From Callorhinchus milii (taxonomy: Eukaryota), in contig NW_024704743.1 of the NCBI RefSeq assembly GCF_018977255.1, forward strand, positions 78,556,001 to 78,620,000: a stretch of DNA of 64,000 nucleotides. Reading direction: 5' to 3'. Every line of letters starts with the position of its first letter. Position 1 is the first letter of the stretch. A model generated the notes under the pieces. That model did no database searches, was not told the DNA's origin, and saw nothing but the letters and a program-made list of their open reading frames with translations. Positions 63,129 through 64,000 of this stretch are shown piece by piece. The translations under genes and the position numbers were made by a program.

Positions 63129-63174
63129 ATGACCCTCTTGGCCGCACTTGTCGCTATCACATGTCTAGGACAAG
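63129..63174 (+). CDS. First coding exon (signal peptide MTLLAALVAITCLGQ-G) of a secreted or membrane protein gene continuing beyond the window
   Basis: aacATG start, hydrophobic 15 codons, AAG|GTAAGA phase-1 donor, TATAAAG at 63056-63062 upstream. Confidence 0.7.
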
Positions 63175-64000
63175 GTAAGAAAAAGTATAAAGAAAAAAAA
63201 ATCAGATTTTTAAAAAAAAATTATTGGTAGCCGAAGGGTTACTCAACTGAGGCGGCAGGTTGGTTGGAGAGGGATGCGCTGTGTACTGAAGATTTAAGAT
63301 AAGCGTCTGTGAGGCAACAGGAAAATAGTTTTACGTATTTTTGGTTCTTAAGCGGTTATGGAGTAAAGGCGGATAAGTGGAGTTGAGGTACAGATCAGTC
63401 AATATCTAATAGAATGGAGGTTCAGGCTCGAGGGGCTGAACAGCCTTCTGTTCCCTATAATAATCATAATAACATTTATAATCTATGTAACATTTCTAAG
63501 TGGCTTTCAGACCACTTGACTTCTAGGTCCTCAACCTTATATAAATCCTTGTCATGCCCTCACATCTCCCTATTTCTATTACAGTACCTTCTCATATCCC
63601 ATTCTCCTGCGCATCCCTTCTACTCAATTAAAACTGCCCTGATATACACATGCCCACCACTGAGCCTTCAGTCACTACACCCCTAACCTCTGTAACTCCC
63701 CACCTCTATCCCACCGTCTTAGCCTCTCTCTATCTGTCTTAAAACTTACCTCTTCAACCGCATCTCTGGTCACTTCCCTGTTCCCTTCTCCCTTGCTCTC
63801 TGTCTAACCCCACTACCATGAAACACTCCAAGAGGTGAATATGAAGGGTGCCAAATAAATGCCTGGTGTTTTGTTGACTCCCTCCCTTACTTCGCTGAAG
63901 GATTGAGTGACATCAATGATCCATTAATTCATTCTAATATTACTAGCAATGTTTAGTAGAATTTTATTTAATTTTTTTTAACTTAGGATGACTTTAAAAG

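Overview
Repeat-rich vertebrate genomic DNA. The mix of CR1 and L2 LINEs with tRNA-headed Deu-type SINEs suggests a cartilaginous fish, possibly a chimaera (inference). Three intron-containing genes were reconstructed by hand using GT-AG sites and reading phase. (1) The 3' part of a + strand acidic/coiled-coil protein gene (11 exons, 569-13104) that contains a duplicated 75-nt exon. (2) An apparently complete - strand gene (19 phase-consistent core exons, 62734 down to 22623, plus several candidate last exons down to 18534) encoding an ~800-825 aa ankyrin-repeat TRP-type cation channel. It has only 4 full and 2 partial ankyrin repeats, a TRPA-like pre-S1, a TRPV-like TRP helix, a long S2-S3 insertion (CHPSWP) and a non-canonical filter (MWVFRDY), so it does not look like a standard vertebrate TRPA1/TRPV/TRPC/TRPN member. 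(3) The first, signal-peptide exon of a + strand gene (63129-63174), head-to-head with the channel gene across a CpG-rich promoter carrying an RFX X-box. Other notable items: an inverted pair of Penelope-type minimal hammerhead motifs (17068-17246), a near-full-length decayed CR1 with a 19-bp minisatellite in its 5' region, and two MITE-like elements. Most ORFs in the supplied track are LINE/SINE fragments. Repeat boundaries are approximate and no database searches were run.
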